64,000 bases of DNA from the human T2T-CHM13v2.0 reference genome, Homo sapiens: the NCBI RefSeq assembly GCF_009914755.1, contig NC_060947.1; one strand, given 5' to 3'. The position numbers and the translations under genes were made by a program. Positions 15,572 through 29,601 of the stretch are shown one piece after another (the first letter of the stretch is position 1; every line of letters starts with the position of its first letter). The notes under the pieces are model-generated. The model saw only the letters and a list, made by a program, of their open reading frames with translations, had not been told where the DNA came from and did not search any database.

Positions 15572-18500
15572 TTTTTTAACATAAACTTTTAATTGTTTGG
15601 GGAACAGGTGGTTTTTGACTACATGGATAAGTAATTTAATGGTAATTTCTGAGACTTTGGTACACCTGTCAAAAGAGTGTATATACTGTACCCAAAGTGT
15701 AGTCTTTTATCCCTCAGCACCCTTCCCCACATTTCCTTGAGTCCCCAATGTCCATTATATCATTCTTTTGCCTTTGCATCCTCATAGCTTAGCTCCCAAT
15801 TATAAGTAAGAACAGATAATATTGGTTTTTGATTCCTGAGTTACTTCACTTAGAATAATGGCCTCCAGTTCCATCCAAGTTGATGCAAAATTCATTATTT
15901 CATTCCTTTTTATGGCTGAGTAGTATTTCATGGTGTATGTCTATCACATTTTCTTTATCCACTCAGTGGTTGATGGGTATTTAGGGTGGTTCCATATTTT
16001 TGTAATTAGGAATTGTCCTGCTATAAATATGCGTGTGCAAGTGTCTTTTTCATATAATGACTTCTTTTCCTCTGGGTGGATACACAGCAGTGGGACTGCG
16101 GGATCAAATGGTAGTTCTACTTTTAGTTGTTTAAGGAATCTCCATACTGTTTTTTCATAGTAGTTGTGCTAATTTACATTCTCACCAGCAGTGTAAAAGT
16201 GTTCCCTTTTCACCACATGCATACCAACATCTTTTTTTTTTTATTTATGACCACTTTTGCAGGAGTAAAGTGATATTTCATTGTAATTTTAATTTGCATT
16301 AACCTGATAATTCATGATGTTGAGAATTTCTAAAATGTTTGTTGGCCATTTGTATATCTTCTTTTGAAAATTGTTTATTCATACCTTTGCCTATTTTTGA
16401 TGAGATCATTTTTTTCTTGCTGATTTGTTTGAGTTCATTGTAGATTCTGGATATTAGTCCTTTGTTGGATGCATAGTTTGGGAATATTTTCTCACCTAAT
16501 CTGTGGGTTGTCTGTTTGTTGATTATTTCTTTTGCTGTGCAGAAGATTTTAGTTTAATTACATCTCATTTGTTTGTTTTTGTTGCATTTGCTATTGTGTT
16601 CTTGGTCATGAATTCTTTGCCTAAGACAATGTCTAGAAGAGTTTTTCTGATGTTATCTTCCAGAATTTTTATAGCCTCAGGACTTAGATTTAAGTCTTTG
16701 ATCCATCTTGATTTGATTTTTGTATAAGGTGGAGATAAGCATCCAGTTTCATTCTTCTACATGTGGCTTGCTAATTATCCCAGAACCATTTGTTGAATAA
16801 GGTGTCCTTTCCCCACTTTAAGTTTTTGTTTGTTTTGTTGATGATCAGTTGGCGTAAGTATTTGGCTTTATATCTGGGTTCTCTATTCTGTTCAACCACT
16901 CTACATGCCTATTTTTATACGAGGACTATGCTGTTTTGTTAACTATATCCTTGTAGTATAGCTTGAATTTGAGTAATATGATGCCTCCAGATTTGTTCTT
17001 TTTGCTTAGTCTTTCTAGGCTATGTGGGTTCTTTTTGGTTCTGTATAAATTTTAGGATTTTTTTTCTAATTCTGTGAAGAATGATGATGGTACTTTGATG
17101 GTAATTGCATTGAATCTGTAGATTGCTTTTGGCCATATGGTCATTTTCACAATATTGATTCTACCCATTCATGAGCATGAGAAGTGTTTTCATTTGTTTT
17201 TGTTGTTGGTAGTTTCCTTCAGCAGTGTTTTGTAGTTTTCCTTGTAAAGATCCTTTACCTTCTTTGTTAGGTATATTTCTAGTATTTTGTAAAATTTTTT
17301 TGTAGCTCTTGTAAAAGGGATTGAGTTCTTAATTTGTTTCTCAGCTTGTTTATTTTTGGTGTATTGCAGTGCTATTAATTTGTGTACACTGATTTTGTAT
17401 CCTGAAACTGTACTGAATTCATTTATCAGATCTAGAAACTTTTTGGATGAGTCTTTAGGGTTTTCTAGGTATATGATCCTATCATCAGTGAACGGCAACA
17501 GTTGGACTTCCTCTTTCCCAATTTGGATGCCTTTCATTTCACTCTCTTGTCTAATTGCTCTGGCAAAGACTCCCACTACTATGTTCAATAGAAGTAATCA
17601 AACTGGGTGTCCTTGTTTTGTTCCAGTTCTCAGGAGGAATGCTTTCAACTTTTCCGCATTTAGTATAATGTTGGCTGTGGTTGTCATAGATGGCTTTTGT
17701 TACCTTGAGGTGTGTCTCTCCTATACCAATTTTGCTGAGGGTTTTAATCATAAAGGGATATGCTAGATTTTGTCAAATGCTTTTTCTGCATCTGTTGGTA
17801 TGATTATATACTTATTGTTTTTAATTCTGTGTATGTGATATATGACATTTATTGATTTGCATATGTTCAAACATCCCTGTATCCCTGGTATAAAACCCAC
17901 TTGATCATGGTGAATTATCTTTCTGATATGCTGTTGGATTTGGTTAGCTAGCATTTTGTTGAAGATTTTTCTATCTATGTTCATTAGGGATATTGATCTG
18001 TAGTTTTCATTTTTTGTTATGTCCTTTTCTGGTTTTAAAATTACAGTAATACAAGCTTCATAGAATGATTCAGGGAGGAGTCCCTCTTTCTCTAAATTTT
18101 GAAATAGTTTCAGTAAGATTGGTATCAATTCTTCTTTGAATGTCTGATACAATTCAGCTGTGAATCAATTTGGTCCTGAGTTTGTCAGCAATTTTTTAAA
18201 TTACTGTTTCAATCTAGCTACTTGTCATTGGTCTATTCAGAGCCTCTATTTCTCCCTGATTTAATCTGGGAGGGAGTTATATATTTCCAACAATTTATCT
18301 GTCTCCTTTAAATTTTCTACTTTGTGTGTAAAGGTGTTCATAGTACCCTTGAATGAACTTTTGTATTTCTCTGGTATCAGTTGTAACATCTAATTGAGCT
18401 TATTTGATTCTTCTCTCTTCTTTTCTTGGTTAATCTCACTAATGGTTTATTAATTTTATTTATCTTTTCAAATAACCAGCTTTATTTAGCTTTTGTATCT

Positions 18501-21500
18501 TTTTATTGTTGTTTCAATTTTATCTAGTTCTACTCTGATCTTTGTTAGTTCCTTCGTTCTGCTGGGTTTGGGTTTGGTATGTTCCTGCTTCTCTAGTTCC
18601 TTAAGGTGTGACCTTAGATTGTTGCTATTTTTGCTCTTTCAGACTCTTGGATATAGGCATTTAATGCTATAAACTTTTAGCACCACTTTTGCTGTATTCC
18701 AGAGGTTTTAATAAGTTTTATCACTATTAGATTCAGTTCAAAAAAAATTTTAATATTTATCTTGATTTCATTTTTGACCCAAAGATCATTCAAAAGCAGA
18801 TTATTTAATTTTCATATATTTTCATAATTTTGAGGGTTTGCTTTAGAGTTAATTTCCAGTTTTATTCCACAGTGGTCTAAGTGGATACTTGATATAATTT
18901 TCATTTTTTTATTTTATTGAGATTTCTTTTGTGACTTGTCATATGGTCAGTCTTGGAGAATGTTCACATGGTAAAGAAAAGAAAGTACATTTTGTTGTTT
19001 CTGGGTAGAATATTCTGTAAATATCTGTTAAGTTATTTAGTTCTAGTGTATAATTTAAGTCAATTTTTTATTGTTGGCTCTTTTTTTGATGACCTGCCTA
19101 GTGCTGTCAGTGGAGTATTGGAGTGCCCTGCTGTTATTGTGTCACCATCTATCTCATTTCTTAAGTCTGGTATTAATTGTTTTGTAAGTTTGGAAGCTCC
19201 AGTGTTAGGTGCATATATATTTAGGATTGTGACACTGTCCTGCTTGACTATTCTTTTTATTGTTATATAATGTCACTCTTTGTCTTTTTTACTGTTGCTG
19301 CTTTAAAGTCTATTTTGTCTGATATAAAAATAGCTGTTTATGCTTGCTTTTGGTTTCCATGTGCATGAATTTTTTTTATCCCTTTACCTGAAATTTATGT
19401 GAGTTCTTATGTGTTAAGTGAGTCTCTTGAAAACAGCAGATACTTGATTGGTGAATTTATATCCATTCTGCCACTCTGTATCTTGTAAATTAATCATTTA
19501 AGGCATCTACATTCAACATTAATATGGAGATGTGAGGTATTGTTCTATTCTTCATGTTATTTGTTGCCTAATATCTTGTTTTTTTTCTCATTATGTTATT
19601 GTTTCATAGGCCCTGTGAGACTTATGCTTTAAGGAGGATCTATTTTGGTGTATTTTGAGGGTTTGTTTCAAGATTTAGAACTCCTTTTAGCATTTCCTGT
19701 AGTGCTGGCTTAGTAGTGGTGAATTATCTTAGCATTTATTTGTCTGAAAAAGAATTTATTTCTCCTTCATTTATGAAGCTTAGTGTTGCTGGAACAAATT
19801 TCTTGTCTAATAATTATTTTGTTTTAGGAGGCTAAAAATAGAACCCCAATTCCTTTTGGCTTGTAAGCTTTCTTCTGAGAAATCTGCTGTTAATCTGATA
19901 GGTTTTCCTTTATATGTTATTTGATGCTTTTGTCTCTCAGCCCTTAAAATTCTTCCCTTCATCTTGACTTTAGATAACCTGATTAATATGTCTAGGTGGT
20001 TATTTTTTTTTTATAACTTTCTCATGTGTTCTTTGAGCTTCTTATATTTGGATGTCTAGATCTCTAGCAAGATCAAGGAAGTTTTCCTCAATTATTCACT
20101 CAAATAAGTTTTCCAACCTTTAGATTTCTCCTCTTCCTCAGGAACATCAATTATTTTTGTTTGGCCCCTTAACATAATCACAGATTACTTGGAGGCTTTA
20201 TCATTTTTTCTTTTATTATGTTTTACTTGTTTTTATCTGACTGTGTTAATTTAAAAGCTTTGTCTTTGAGCTCTGAAATTGTTTCTTCTCCTTGTTCTAG
20301 TCCATTGTTGAAACTTTCCACTGCATTTTGTATCCCCCTAAGTGTGTCTTTCATTTCCAGAAGTTGTCATTGCTTTTTTTTACATGATGACATAATTTTA
20401 ATCTATATGCTGTATTTTTTCAACTTCTTTAAGTTGTTTTTTACCTTTCTCTGTTATCTCCTTGAGTAGCTTAATAATCAACCTTCTGAATTCTTTATCT
20501 AGCAATCCAGAAGTTTCTTTTTTGTTTGAATGGATTGCTGGAAACCTGGTGTGATGTTTTGGAGGTGTTATAGAACCCTGTTTTGTCATACTACCAGAAT
20601 TACTTTTCTGATTCATTCTCATTTGGGTATACTATATCAGTGGAGAGATCTGAAACTCAAAGCCTGCTCTTTAGATTCTCTTGTCCCACAGGGTGATCCC
20701 TTGATGTGGTGCTGTCCTCCTTTGTCTTGGGATGAGGCTTCCTGAGAGTTGGACTGCAGTGATTGTTTTTGTTCTTCTGGGTCTAGCCACTCAGCAGGAC
20801 TACCAGACTTGGCTGGTGCTGCTGGATATCTACAAAGAGTCCTGTGATGTGATCCGTCTTCAAGTCTCCCAGCCGTGGATACCAGCACCTGCTCTGGTAG
20901 AGGTGACAGGGAAGTGAAGTAGACTCTATGAGAATCCTTGGTTGTAGACATGTTTAGTGTGCTTGCTTTCTTGAATGCTTGTTATGTTAGCAGTGAAGTT
21001 GTCACATGGACATACTAAAGACCTCTAGTTAGCCAGGATGCTGTGAGCAGTGAAATTAGGTGTTCTGTTCTCCTGCCTGGAATCAGGGTTGTTCTGTCAT
21101 GAGTTGCCGTAATGGCCTGAGTTGGTTGACCTCCAACTAGGAGGTGGCACTTTCAAGATAGCACCAGCTGTGGTAGTAGTAGGGGGCCCTAAGCTTGCCC
21201 TAAGATGGCCAGAGTAAGTGTTTTGGTTTGTCAAGTAATAGGCAGGGCCATAAAGCTCCCCAAATGTCTATGTTTTCTGTTTGTCTACCATGTCAGGAAG
21301 GGAAATACCATCAGGTAGTGACAGGGCTAGACAGATCTGGGGTCAGACTCTCCTTGGGTGGGTTTGCCATGACCACTGTGGGAGATGGTGGGGGGTGGTC
21401 CTCAGGCCAATCGTGTTGTGTTCCAGAGGGCATCTTGGCCACCTCTTCCGTGTCATATAGTTCACCAGTGAATGGGGAATAGCCAGTAGCAAGAGGCCTT

Positions 21501-21779
21501 ACCCAGCTCCGCCATAGTTCGTGAGGCCAGTATCGCTCCTGCAGTGTCCTACACACATCTTGCCCCAGCCTGTGAGCTACCCCACTGAGAAAGCAAGCAT
21601 GGCTTTCAGACCTTACCCTGCCCTGTCTGCCCACTCCATCAGTGTCAGTTTCTGAGTTCCTAAGCTCGTTCACATCCGCAGCAGCCCCTGCTTCTCCTCA
21701 AGGCTCCACTCAAGAAAATTTGTGTCCGTCAAAACCACTACCAATTTCAGTTGGAAGCTCCCTTTGCCTGTGACCCCAG
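15572..21779 (-). mobile_element. Near-full-length L1PB1-like LINE-1 with L1PBa-type 5'UTR, extreme 5' end missing
   Basis: 3'UTR tttggggaacaggtggtttttgactacatggataag...tgtagtcttttatccctc; antisense ORF2 (17190..18152 peptides), ORF1 start (20398..20622 MTKQGSITPPK) and GC-richer 5'UTR; no terminal ccatctt seen. Confidence 0.88.
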
Positions 21780-22530
21780 GATGGTGTTCGATGCATTGTA
21801 AGATAATTAGCTGCATCTCTAACCTCTACACATTAAAAGTCAGTAAACCCTGCTCACTCCCCATTCCTTGTTATTTTATCCTAGCTTGGTGCAACAATCA
21901 AAATGTTTCCAGATTTTACCAAGTGTTTCCTGAAGCACCAAAATAACCCTCGATTATTTCTTTTTACTATTTTTCCACAAGTTAACATTCTGTGAAAACT
22001 TTAAGGCTCTTGGAAAAGAAATAATGTGCAGAAACTCTTCTCTGTGTAGTAATTCACTGTCTCTGAAAGTCTTTTATTCCATTTGCGTAGCAATGTGTCT
22101 TAATTGGTATGTTCTCTTCTCTACTCTTTTCCTGCTTTCTTCAATGATCTGATTTGAAATTCTTAAGCAGAAAATAAGTTTTCAATTTGAATGAATTTTT
22201 GCAAGTTATAAATACCTAAAATTAAGAGTTTATAATGGAAATACCAACACAACCTCAAATTTAGTAGTGTGAGGAGCACCAATATAAAAAATCCATCACT
22301 TGTCTTCTATATCTGTCACAGTTCTATAAATCAAATTATTGAAATGTAAATTATGTTTTAAAAGATTTTTTCATAAATCAGCTATGCATGTAGACACTGT
22401 TGATTATATTTTGGCAGTAAATCCTGTTGTTCATGGACATATTCTTGTGCTAGTTATATAAAAATTACCTAAAATTATATGTCAGGAGCATTTCAAAATA
22501 TATCTTCTGAACATAATTCTTACAATATGA

Positions 22531-22832
<302 letters not shown>

Positions 22833-23235
22833 ATAATTATTACAATATCATTTTGTCTTAGAGCACTTGGAAGAGAAAAACAAATGTGTAAGATAGAAAG
22901 TTCCTCAATTGTTTCATTATTATATTTAGTACAAAGATCTTCTCACTTTAACCATAAAGATGTTATGTATGGAATATCTGACTAAATATATTTTATAGCC
23001 AGTCAACAAACAAAAAAAACACTCAGCTGACATAAAAGGAATGCATGACTTCTCTACTGACCAACTCAAAAATGTAAAGTAATTATATACTTGTAATGAA
23101 CACATTTATATTTTCAGAGTACGTTATAAGTGAAAAAATTTACAAAGTGTTCAAATATCAGCAGGAAATTATTGACCTTGACTATTTTATTTATTAATTG
23201 AAAACAATCTAGTTTATGTCATTAAAAACAATTCA

Positions 23236-23544
23236 GACTGGGCACAGTAACTCACACCTGCAATCTCACCACTTTGGGAGGCCGAGGCGAGAGGATTACT
23301 TGAGGCCAGAAGATTGAGACCAGTCTGAGCAACAGAGTAATACCCCATCACTACAATAAAAAAATTGAAAAATAGCTGGACATGTTGGCATTTTCCTGTA
23401 GTCCTAGCAACTTGAGAAGCTGAGGTGGGGGGATTACTTGAATCCAGAAGGTCAAGGCTGCAGTGGGCTATGATTACGACACTGCACTCCAGCCTGGGTG
23501 ACAGAGTATGACCCTGTCTTTTAAGAGAAAAAAGAAACAACAGG
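23236..23544 (+). mobile_element. AluJ (Jo/Jr-like)
   Basis: ggattacttgaggccag...gtcaaggctgcagtgggctatgat...gaccctgtct; TSD aacaattca on both sides. Confidence 0.9.
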
Positions 23545-23562
23545 AACAATTCAAATTTTATA

Positions 23563-23934
23563 TGTATTAGTCCATTCTCATGCTGCTCTAAAAAAAAAAT
23601 ACCCAAGACTGAGTAATTTATAAAGAAAAGAGGTTTAATTGACTCACACTTACACATTGCTTGGGATGTCTCAGGAAATTTACCATCATGGTGGAAGGCA
23701 ATGGAGAAACAGGCACCTTCTTCACAGGGCAGCAGGATAGAGTAAGTGCAAGTAGGGGAAATGCCAGATGCCTATAAAACCATCAGATCTCATGAGAACT
23801 AATTCACTGTCACCAGAACAGCATGGAGGATCCTGCCCCCATGATCCAATCACTGTCCCTCTCATGACATCTGGGGATTATGGAGGTTATAATTCAAGAT
23901 GAGATTTGGGTGGGAACACAGCCAAACCATATCA
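23563..23934 (-). mobile_element. THE1D-like (MaLR) solo LTR
   Basis: tgtattagtccattctcatgctgct ... gagatttgggtgggaacacagccaaaccatatca, 372 bp. Confidence 0.88.
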
Positions 23935-25403
23935 GTATGTAATTATACAGCCTAAAAGTGGGAAATCCTTTATCACTCACCCTATCACCTTCTACTTTTT
24001 TAATGAAGCCTCACAATTGGTGTTATTCAATAGAATTTACATGAATTTACACACCCATGTACAAAAGAACACATGCATTCTCATATGAGTATCCCAGTGT
24101 GTACTTATTTGTATATAAACATTTAATTTTGTTTATGTTTTATGTAATTTGATTCTTATGTTTATGACAACTGGCTTTTATTTTTCTTTACACTAATCCT
24201 TGGAAACTTTCCCATATCAATACATGCAGTTCTACTTTATTCTTTCAAATTTGTTTACAAAACATAGAATATTTTTATTTGTATAAATTTGTTGGGATAC
24301 AAGTGTAATATCATTACATAGATGTATCGTATACTGGAGAAGGCAGGACTTTTAATTTATCCATTGCAGAAATAAAGTATCCATTAAGTAATTTCTCACT
24401 ATTCAACACACTCCTTCTTCTCACACTCTTTGGAGTCTCCATTGTTTATTATTCTAAACTTTGTGACCATATGTGCTCATTATTTAGCTCCCATGTGTAA
24501 CTGAGAACATGTGACATTTTTCTTTCTGTGTCTACTTTTCATAAGACAATGACCTCTTCTTCCATCCATGTTGCTGCAAAAGAAATGATCTCATTATTTT
24601 ATGGCTGAATAGTATTCCACTGTGTATATATACCACATTTTCTGTATTCAATCATCCATTGATGGATACATAAGTCGATTCCATATATTTGCTATTGTAA
24701 AGGATCTGTAATAAACACACAAGTGTATGTAATATTTTCATATAATTATTTCTTTTTGGGGGGATATATACCCAGTAGTGAGATTATAGGATTCAATGGT
24801 ATTTCCATTTTTAATTCCTTGAGAAATCTCCATACTGTTTTTCATAGAGGTTGTAGTAATTTATATTTGCTTCAACAGTATACGAGCACTCAACTTTCTC
24901 CACATCCTCACCAGCATTTGTTATTTTTTGTCTTTTTTATTATTGCCCTTCTGACTGGTGTAAGATAATACCTCATTTTAATTTTAAATTTTACTTTTTG
25001 ATGATTAGTGACAATAAGCATTTTTATATACTTGTTGGCTATATGCATGTCTTCTTTTGAAAAATGTCTATTTTTCTTTTGCTCACTTCTTTATAGGGTT
25101 ATTTGATTTTGTTGTTGTTTTTGTTTTTTGAGTTCTTCATAAATTCTGGATATTAATTCCTCCCTGTATTAATAGTTTTCAAATATTTTCTCCCATCCTG
25201 CAGGTTGTCTGTTCAATCTTTTATTTCTTTTGTTTTACAGAAGCTCTTTAAGTCCATTTGTCTATTTTTTGTTTCTGTTTCTTGTGCTTTGGAAGTCTTA
25301 GTTGTGAATTTTTTCCTACATCAATGTCTAGAAAAGTTTTCTTTAGGTTGTCTTCTAGTATTTTTTATAGCTTTAGGCCTTACATTTAAATCTTTAATCC
25401 ATC

Positions 25404-25829
25404 TCATATAGTTGGGATATTTGTCTCCAGCCAAATTGCATGTTGAATTGTAATCTCTGATGTTGGAGTTGGGCCCTGGTGGGAGATGTTTGATTCATGG
25501 CAGCAGATCTCTTATAAATGGCTTGGGCCACTCCCTTAGTAATAAATAACATCTAGTTCTGAGTTTGAATGAGATCTGGTGCTTTAAAAGTGTGTGGCAC
25601 CTCCCCATCCACTCTTCCTCTCTTGCTCCTGCTTTTGCCATGTGGCACACAAGCTCCCACTTCAACTTCTGCCATGAATAAAAGCTCCCTGAAGCCTCCG
25701 CAGAAGCTGAGCAATATTGGTGCTGTCTCATGTATATCCTTCAAAATTATGAGCCAATTAAACATTGTTTCTTTATAAATTATGCTGTCTAATGTATTTC
25801 TTTATAACAATGCAGAAATGCCCAATAAT
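25404..25829 (+). mobile_element. MSTB-like (MaLR) solo LTR
   Basis: tcatatagttgggatatttgtctcc...aataaaagctccctgaagcctc...gagccaattaaac...; L1 sequence resumes after it. Confidence 0.85.
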
Positions 25830-27256
25830 TCAGTTAAATTTTGTATATGGTGAATGAAAGGGGTCCAGTATCATTCTGCATATGAAAATCCAATTTTCCC
25901 AGCACCATTTTTGAAAAGGATGTCTTTTCCACAATGCATTCTTTTGTTGACTTTGTCAATGATCAGTTTGTTGTAAGTGTGTGGACCCTTTTCTGGCTTC
26001 CATATTCTATACCAATGATTTATGTGTCCATCTTATACCAGTACGATGCTGTTTTGATTTCTACAGCCATGTAGTATAATTTGAACAATGTAATGTGATT
26101 CTTCCGTTTTTGTTCTTTATTCTCAGAATTTATTTTCCTATTTGGGCTCTTTTTTTGGTTCCATATGATTTTAGGGTTGTTTTCTCTAGTTCTTTGAAAT
26201 ATCACATTGATATTTTGATAGGGTTTGTATTGCATCTGTAGATTGCTTTGGGCAGTATAGTCATTTTAACAATATTGATCTTTCTGATTAATGACTACGT
26301 GGTGTTTTTCCATTTGTTTATGTCATCCACAATTTATTTCATCAGTGTCTTGTATATTTTCTTGTAGAGGTCTTTTACTGCCTTGGTTAAATATATTTGT
26401 AGATTTTTTTGTAGCTATTATAAATGGAGTTGTCTTCTTGATTTGGTACTTAGCTGAATTATTATTGGTGTATATAAATGCTACCAATGGTTATATGTTG
26501 ATTTTGTATCCTGAAACTTGATTGATTTATCAATTCTCAGAGTTTTTTTGTTGGAGTCTTTAGGGTTTTATAGATATGAGGTTATGACATCAGTGAACAG
26601 GGATAATTTTATTTTCTCTGTTCCACCTAGAATTTCCAGTACTATGCTGAATAAGAATGGTGAAAGTGGGCATCCTTGTTTTGTCCCAGTTCATAGAGGG
26701 AATGGTTTCAACTTCCCCTTATTCAGTATGATGTTGGCTATGGGTTTGCCATATAACGCCTTCATTTGTTTTAATATATGATTTTGTTCATGTGGATCTT
26801 CTTTCTTATTTTCCTGATTAGTCTAGCTAGAGGTTTACCAATTTTTAAAACCTTTTTGAAGAACCAACTTTATATTTCATTGATTCCTTATATTCCTCTT
26901 TGTATTTTTTGTCTCAATTCAATTTAAATCTGCCCTGATCTTTGTCATTTCTTTTCTTTTTCTAACTTTGAGTTTGGTATTTTCTTGTTTTCCAGGTTTG
27001 TTGAGATGCAATATTAGGTTGTAAATTTGTGATCTTTCTACTTTTTGACGTAGGCATTTAATTCTATAAACTTTCCCCTTAATACTACTTTTGATGTACT
27101 CCAGAGATTTGGGTATGTGTGTTTCCATTTTCATGTGTTTAAAAAAGTTTAATTTACAGCTTAATTTTTTGTTTACTCAAGGATGACTCAGGAGCATGTT
27201 GGTTAATTTCTATGCATTTGTATAGTTTCCAAAGATTCTCTCAGTATTGATTTATA

Positions 27257-28127
27257 TGTAGGGAGACCCCCTGAAACTATTGCTACAGAATAAAAGATGA
27301 AATGCTCCTGATTACTGTAAATACAAAATTGCACACAGGATTGTGTAAAGACAATGCCAAGTTGGACTGCCAGAATGAGCCAACAGCACGTGATGTGCTT
27401 CCCCCTGCAGAGAGCCTATGAATGAATGTGCAGTCAGGGAGGTTTCACATCACCAAGATTCCTATCCCAGAAAAGCAGATGTTCATAGCTCTGGGAATGG
27501 AATGCAAACCTTGTGGAGAGACTATAAACAGACGCATGGGGGGCGCCTGTCCATATGGATAAGATAGGGCTATAAACGCCCTCATCTTGCCACAGTTCTT
27601 CTAGGCCTCTTTAGGGTTAAGGCATACTCCCTTCTGAGAATTTCTGGTCTAACCGGTTGTCTAGCTTCATGTCCTGTTTCTGTGGATTGTTTGTAACCAG
27701 CTTTTGCTGCAACTGTTACTGCTGATTAATATCTTGTTAATCATAGGTTATGGAAAGATTGTGTTTCTGTTTTAAGGCTCTGTTAGAAATTACTGACGCA
27801 CACACTATATTGTAATTCTTATCTCTGTATACTGTACTTCTGCATACAAATGTTATGTTAAAGAATTACTTCATCCCCATGTAACCATCTCACCTCATAA
27901 TCAAATAACCCTAAATCCCTCACTAACCTACCCCTGCCCTCACTAAACTTAATAGTAAATGCTGGTATATCCAGTGCATTGTTGGCACCACGGGACCAGA
28001 AGGTGGTGACCCCCCTGGACCCAGCTTTCACTATCTTGTGTGTGTCTATTATTTCTCAACCTGCCGATCCGCCTGGGAACAAAGAGAGCCCCGTTGCATT
28101 GTGGGCTGCTGGCCAGATCCCACAATA
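27257..28127 (+). mobile_element. MER11D-like (ERVK) solo LTR
   Basis: tgtagggagaccccctgaaactattgctac ... ggctgctggccagatcccacaata, 871 bp; 6-bp TSD tttata/tttaga. Confidence 0.75.
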
Positions 28128-28196
28128 TTTAGAGTTGGATTTTGTTGTGGTCTAAAAAGATACTTTATATGATTTAAATTTTTAAGAACTTTTTGA

Positions 28197-28490
<294 letters not shown>

Positions 28491-29601
28491 GAACTTTTTG
28501 AGACTTGTTTGGTGCCCTAATATATGGTCGATCTTGGAGAATGTTTCAAGTGCTGATAAGAAGAGTGTGTAGTCTGTAGTTGTTGAATAGAATATGCTGT
28601 ACAGTTTGTTAGGTCTATTTGGTCTAAAGTTCAGTTTAAACCCAATAATTCTTAGAAGATTTTATCTCCTGGTGATTTCTCTGTGTTGTGATGGGAGTTC
28701 TAAATTCTCTCAATATTATTGTATTGCTGTCTATATCTCTATACAGGTCTAGTAATATTTGTTTTATAAATTTGGGTGCTGTGGTGTTGGGTGCACATAT
28801 CTAGAATTGTTATATCCTCTTGCTGAATTGATCCTTTTATTATTATATAATGTTATTCTTTGTCTTCTTTCTCAGCTTCTGATTTAAAGTCTCTTTTATC
28901 TGATATAAATCTGGATATTCTTGCTCATTTTTGGTTTCTCTTTACATGAAATATTTTGTTTTTTAATCCCTTTACCATCAGTCTATATGTGTTTTCACAG
29001 GTCAGATGAGTTTTTTGTAAGCAATATATGATTGGAATATGTTCTGTTTAGCCATTCTGTCAATTTATATATTTTAAGTGAAGCATTTAATCTATTTAAA
29101 TTAAAGGCTAGTATTATTATATGTGAGTTTTTATTTCCGTATTATTATGAATTGTTATCTAGTCATTTTATAAATTATTTGCTTCTTTCTTTTTCTGTTT
29201 GTCTTTGTGATTTCATAAAATTCTGTTGAATTGCCATCTGATTCCTTTCTCTTTTTTGTGTGTGATTGGTTTATAAAACCTATGAGTTTTATACTTTTTT
29301 GTGTTATGATAAAACATATCCTTTTTTCATGTTTAGGACTTCTTGGATTTTTTTCTGTAGGGACAGTCTAATGCTGATGAATATTTTTAACCTTTGACTT
29401 TCTAAGTAAGACTTTCTTTTTCCTCCATTTATAAAACTTAGTCTAACTGAATATAAAATTCTGGCTGGCAGCTTTTTAAAATTTCAGTACTTTGAAAATC
29501 CTATCCTATTCTCTTCTGGCTTGTAGGGTTTTACTGAGAAGTCTGCTGTTTGTCTAATGTGATTTTCTTTATAGGGGACTAGAAATTTTTCTCTTACTGA
29601 T

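Noticed and set aside
23214-23657. 147-aa minus-strand ORF
   Set aside because: It is antisense AluJ plus THE1 LTR translation (LSPRLECS..), a common artefact.
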